Shown: positions 60,136 through 64,000 of the stretch, in pieces
Layout of the letters: each line of letters begins with the position of its first letter
How positions within the stretch are numbered: position 1 is the first letter of the stretch
From: an uncultured virus (IMG/VR IMGVR_UViG_3300001460_000019)
Taxonomy: Duplodnaviria > Heunggongvirae > Uroviricota > Caudoviricetes
DNA: 64,000 nt
IMG/VR virus record: IMGVR_UViG_3300001460_000019
Coordinates: 1-64,000 of that record
Strand: one strand, 5' to 3'
Notes under the pieces: generated by a model
What the model was told of the DNA's origin: nothing
What the model saw: only the letters and a program-made list of their open reading frames with translations
Databases searched by the model: none
Translations under genes and position numbers: made by a program

Positions 60136-60209
60136 TGCAGTGTAGTGTAGTGGTAACACGTTAGTCTCAGTAGCTAGAGTTATGAGTTCAATTCTCATCA
60201 CTGCTACCA
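60136..60209 (+). tRNA. atypical tRNA-like RNA, apparent anticodon CAG, short variable loop
   Basis: GCAGTG/CACTGC acceptor, GTGT/ACAC D-stem, TTAGT-CTCAGTA-GCTAG, ATGAG-TTCAATT-CTCAT, ACCA end. Confidence 0.7.
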
Positions 60210-60381
60210 AAATATTAATAGGGCTTTTAATATGAATATAATTTTACCTGTTAATATTTTTTGAGATACATATAAATATTTTTATAGCACACCAAAGAGG
60301 GACTCGCGTTATATACTTTGGGTGCTGTCAATTATTTTCTATACACAAAAATTATATAAGAGTATAAGGGGTTTAATCCTC

Positions 60382-61590
60382 TTATACTCTACTATTAATT
60401 TTATTATATATTGTACACATGTCTTTCGCTGAATAGTTTCTAATATGATCATAGTAGGATAAAAAGTTTTTTGTGTCTTTCCATGTTAAATGACTGTTTG
60501 CTTTTTCTATAATGCTTGTAAAACTTTTTACTTGCGGATATGTTTCAATGTAAGGTTGACATTCTTTTATTATTTGTGTTCTTATTTCTTTTGGAACAAT
60601 ACCAATATTAAGTGCTTCAGGCCACATAACTAGTACCGGTGAAAATTTAGTAAAGTTATATTCTTTACCATATTTTAATAAGTCTGGCAATTGATCTAAA
60701 TTTAATAATTGTATTGCTGACGTTAGTGTTGACTTAATATTACTATATTGTTTAATAGTTTCATTAAATGATTGCTGTATTTGTTTTGTCTTTTCCCATT
60801 TACCAGGCCATCTAATATATTCAAATGTACTACCTATACCATCTGTAGACCAGTTTATATCTACAAGTTTAAACTTACTAAAAATAGGTATCCATTTAGT
60901 TACATCAGTTGTGCCATTTGTAACAATAATAACTTCTATGTTTTTAGCATATGATGTTTGTGAAAGTTTTTGTATAAATTCTTTAAACCCATCTAATAAT
61001 GTTGGTTCGCCACCTGTAAACTTTAATCTTAGTAAGTTTGGTGCCTGCTCTAATAACTCTTGTAAGTTATTTCTATCAAAGTCATTGTCTTCACCGGTTG
61101 ATACTATTAATTCTTTTAGATCATTAGGCACAGGGTATTTTTGCTTTTCTTTTGTATGTAAGGAAGAACTATGTCCATCACACATTACACACGCAAGATT
61201 ACATTTGTTACCAAACTTTAGATCTAAAGTTCTAAGTGTTAAGCCACCTTGTTCTTTTATTTTTTGTACCGTTCCCGGAAATTTATTTTCTATTTCAATT
61301 GATTGATTAAGTCTTTTACTTAATGAATATGCTCCGTCTTTTTCATATTGATAACACCTACGACATTCTTTAATAGGTTTGTTACTTAACATTTTTTCTC
61401 TTATATTATTTAGAACGTTATTATTTTTCCATGTATCAATTATTTGATTATTGTACATGTCTGAATCTATTGTATCTGAAAAACAACACAATTGCCCGTG
61501 TCCTTGTGCTGTATTACATATTTCTGTAAAAGGCAACACACAAAAAGAATTACCGTGTTCTTTAATAAACTTTTGATAGTCTTTATGCAT
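60382..61590 (-). CDS. radical SAM protein with N-terminal twitch-like domain
   Basis: FCVLPF..LCC..CRRC; CNLACVMC; GGEPT. Confidence 0.9.
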   Translation of the reverse strand: MHKDYQKFIKEHGNSFCVLPFTEICNTAQGHGQLCCFSDTIDSDMYNNQIIDTWKNNNVLNNIREKMLSNKPIKECRRCYQYEKDGAYSLSKRLNQSIEIENKFPGTVQKIKEQGGLTLRTLDLKFGNKCNLACVMCDGHSSSLHTKEKQKYPVPNDLKELIVSTGEDNDFDRNNLQELLEQAPNLLRLKFTGGEPTLLDGFKEFIQKLSQTSYAKNIEVIIVTNGTTDVTKWIPIFSKFKLVDINWSTDGIGSTFEYIRWPGKWEKTKQIQQSFNETIKQYSNIKSTLTSAIQLLNLDQLPDLLKYGKEYNFTKFSPVLVMWPEALNIGIVPKEIRTQIIKECQPYIETYPQVKSFTSIIEKANSHLTWKDTKNFLSYYDHIRNYSAKDMCTIYNKINSRV

Positions 61591-62866
61591 TCAATGTACC
61601 ACCTATTACAGGAGTAAGATTCTTTACTGATTTTTTAAACATTGCTTTAGTTATATCGTGATGCTGTGCTTTAGGTACGCACAAACCACAACCACAAACT
61701 TTGTTTGGACAAGTTATCACTGGCATAGTTCCGGTAGCAAACTGTTTTTCTAGTTTGTTTATTATTTGATCACACTCAGTAATAGTTCCTATCTCTCCCT
61801 TCTTACCTCCAAAATTTGCTCTGCATGTTTGATGATGTAATATTTTATTATACTCTTGTTCAATGTGTAGCCAATTCCAATTTATCATGCATGACCATTC
61901 TTTATATTCAGTTGAACACGCAAATACAGATTTTTTCCAATCATTAGTATCTAGCTTTACATTGTCTTTCTTATATTGATCTTCATCTAGTGTATAAAAA
62001 GTTCTTTGCCCACAGCAAGGTCTTCCTAATGCTTTTCTTGTATTGACTTCTTTTGGTTTTGGTGATATTTCTTTTACTACTTTTGGTTTTTCTTTTAGAG
62101 TATGTACAACTTGTTTTTGTTGTTGTACTTTCTTTTGATCATCTTTATATTCATACTCTGCATCTTTATTTGCATCAGGCTTGTTTATTTTTTTGTTTTT
62201 ATTTGTCCAATAGTTTCTAAACCATGCATGTTGTTCCGGAGTATATCGATGTACATACTTACTATCTTCATAGCTTTCACCAATGATACGAGGTACAAAC
62301 TTTATATTATCGTCTGTAAACCTATCAACGAGCTTCATACATTCATCAAAGTATTCTGGTTTAGCATGTACCATCAAATTAACTTTATATTTGATTCCTG
62401 AGTTATGTAACTGATATATTCTTGCAACTACATTATCTTTTATCTTTTGTTTTGCTTCACAATGATAACTTACTGTAATAGAATCAACAGCTTCTATAAG
62501 TTTATCACAATACTTTTGGCTAAATGCTCCATTAGTAGTAACATCAACTAATACGTCTGGATCATTTTGTGCATGTATGTATTGACACATTTCTAAGAAG
62601 TTTGGATTGTTAGTTGGTTCCCCACCTGTAAAACCAATATTCCACTGTCTATCAAAAGTCATTTGTGATTGCATTAATTTTTTATACTCAAAAACAAATT
62701 TACTTGTTTTAATTAATGTTTCTAAACTTGCATGTGAAGAAGTATTGTTGTGTCTATGTGCAGGACAATAGGTACAGTCGTAATTACATCTTAATCCTAA
62801 ATCCCATGTAACTTCAAATGAATAAGGATTTTGTATATCGTTGTCTATTGCTATTACTTTGCCCAT
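61583..62866 (-). CDS. radical SAM protein with C-terminal Cys-rich domain
   Basis: CNYDCTYC, GGEPT, PCCG, CPNKVCGCGLC. Confidence 0.9.
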   Translation of the reverse strand: MGKVIAIDNDIQNPYSFEVTWDLGLRCNYDCTYCPAHRHNNTSSHASLETLIKTSKFVFEYKKLMQSQMTFDRQWNIGFTGGEPTNNPNFLEMCQYIHAQNDPDVLVDVTTNGAFSQKYCDKLIEAVDSITVSYHCEAKQKIKDNVVARIYQLHNSGIKYKVNLMVHAKPEYFDECMKLVDRFTDDNIKFVPRIIGESYEDSKYVHRYTPEQHAWFRNYWTNKNKKINKPDANKDAEYEYKDDQKKVQQQKQVVHTLKEKPKVVKEISPKPKEVNTRKALGRPCCGQRTFYTLDEDQYKKDNVKLDTNDWKKSVFACSTEYKEWSCMINWNWLHIEQEYNKILHHQTCRANFGGKKGEIGTITECDQIINKLEKQFATGTMPVITCPNKVCGCGLCVPKAQHHDITKAMFKKSVKNLTPVIGGTLNA

Positions 62867-64000
62867 GTTTCAATTTCTTTAAACCAAGATTCAAATTCTG
62901 GTCTTATGTTTAGTATGTTTGTGTTTCTCACTTTATCAAGTGCATTAATCCAGTTATAAAATTTATGTTGTAATTGTTTTTCTTTTTTAAAACCTGATTG
63001 TGGAATTTTAATATCTTTATTTGTTTCTAACATAGAGTCTGGCAATACCGATCTTACATCTAAGTGTCTTGGAGTATATACATAGTTTACATTATGATAT
63101 ACATTATCAAGGTTTTGTTCTTTAATCCATTTTTTAGCTAGTTTAGATTGATCATACGTTGTACAATGTATTGTGTCTACTATACTTAATCTTGATGCTA
63201 CTTTAGATAGTTGTTTGATATTTTCTTTTATTGTTTCTAAAGTATATATGCCTCCTCTTGAATATTGATAGACATCTTGTTCCCAAGCATCAACACTACA
63301 TAATAGGTCAACGTTTTTAAACTTTCTTAAAATAGTATCAATATTTTTATTATATAATGTAAGATTAGTAATGATTGAAAGATTAATACTACTTCTTCCT
63401 ATACTTAATAGAAACTCTAAAAATTCAAATAGCATAGGTTCATAAAAAGGTTCCCCGCCTGATATTTCAACTTTGGTTACTGACTCCCACCATTGTTTAC
63501 TATTTCTTAACCACCACTTGTCTGGTAACTTATCATATGAACTTATTGCTTTTTTAGGAAACATACCAAGTTCAGAAAGTTTTTGCTCGTCTTTTACCCA
63601 ACCGGTTGATCTTTTACTATTACACATTACGCATTTTAAATTACATTTGTTTGAAAAGTCAATTTTTAAAAAGAAAGGATTGTTATTCTGTTTTCCATGA
63701 GCTCCAATTACTGGATTAGAAAAGTGATTAATTTTATGTCTAACTGATCTAGATCTTTTATTTTCTGTTGTTGTTGCACTGTCTTGAGAAAGACACTGGT
63801 CGCATCTACCTTTAGGTAACGGACCGTTAGCTAATGGCTCAATTGCTTTAATGAATTCCGAAGACTGCATCTTTTTTAGAAAGTCTCCGTCCTTGTCTAG
63901 GTTAAATTCCATTGGTTCACCTAAGGCACAACATGGTGTTATTTTCCTGTCATGTCTAAGCCATATATGAGACGTTCCTGCGTTACACCATTTTTTTGTC
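62854..64000 (-). CDS. radical SAM protein with N-terminal twitch-like domain (5' end outside window)
   Basis: frame stays open past 63912 (WCNAG...TPCC); CNLKCVMC; GGEP. Confidence 0.9.
   Translation of the reverse strand, partial: TKKWCNAGTSHIWLRHDRKITPCCALGEPMEFNLDKDGDFLKKMQSSEFIKAIEPLANGPLPKGRCDQCLSQDSATTTENKRSRSVRHKINHFSNPVIGAHGKQNNNPFFLKIDFSNKCNLKCVMCNSKRSTGWVKDEQKLSELGMFPKKAISSYDKLPDKWWLRNSKQWWESVTKVEISGGEPFYEPMLFEFLEFLLSIGRSSINLSIITNLTLYNKNIDTILRKFKNVDLLCSVDAWEQDVYQYSRGGIYTLETIKENIKQLSKVASRLSIVDTIHCTTYDQSKLAKKWIKEQNLDNVYHNVNYVYTPRHLDVRSVLPDSMLETNKDIKIPQSGFKKEKQLQHKFYNWINALDKVRNTNILNIRPEFESWFKEIETWAK

Noticed and set aside
60161..60177. Reading the atypical tRNA as a UCA (Sec/opal suppressor) tRNA
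   Set aside because: Centring the loop on TCA breaks the anticodon stem and loses U33; there is no long Sec-type arm
1..64000. Stop-codon reassignment
   Set aside because: Genes are full length and tightly packed under the standard code, ending in TAA, TAG and TGA

Overview
AT-rich, densely coding 64 kb segment of a large lytic tailed phage (probably a jumbo myovirus-like phage), inferred to be marine with a likely alphaproteobacterial (SAR11-like) host. It carries virion/tail-fibre genes at both ends, a MoxR AAA+/VWA pair, PhoH, a lysozyme, an HNH nuclease, six canonical tRNAs and one atypical tRNA-like gene. Two promoter classes recur: sigma70-like TTGACA-N16-TA(T/C)(T/A)T early promoters and a T4-late-like TAAATA motif, often only 5-8 nt before an ATG. 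The main feature is a large modification arsenal: 12 radical SAM enzymes (one B12-dependent type) and 10 Fe(II)/2OG-type oxygenases. These come with 2 desaturases, 3 SDRs, a carbamoyltransferase, a PLP enzyme, a UDP-glucose dehydrogenase, sulfo-, glycosyl- and acetyltransferases, 2 SET proteins and 2 kinase-like proteins. Plausible support genes are also present (BtuB-like receptor plus membrane transporter, flavodoxin, ferredoxin/flavodoxin-NADP reductase). Non-coding oddities: a ~500 nt structured-looking region at 46.7-47.2 kb, a short-arm CAG tRNA-like RNA, tRNA-Arg(GCG), twin hairpins flanking one radical SAM gene, and several regulatory hairpins. All protein calls are motif recognition by eye; no database searches were run.
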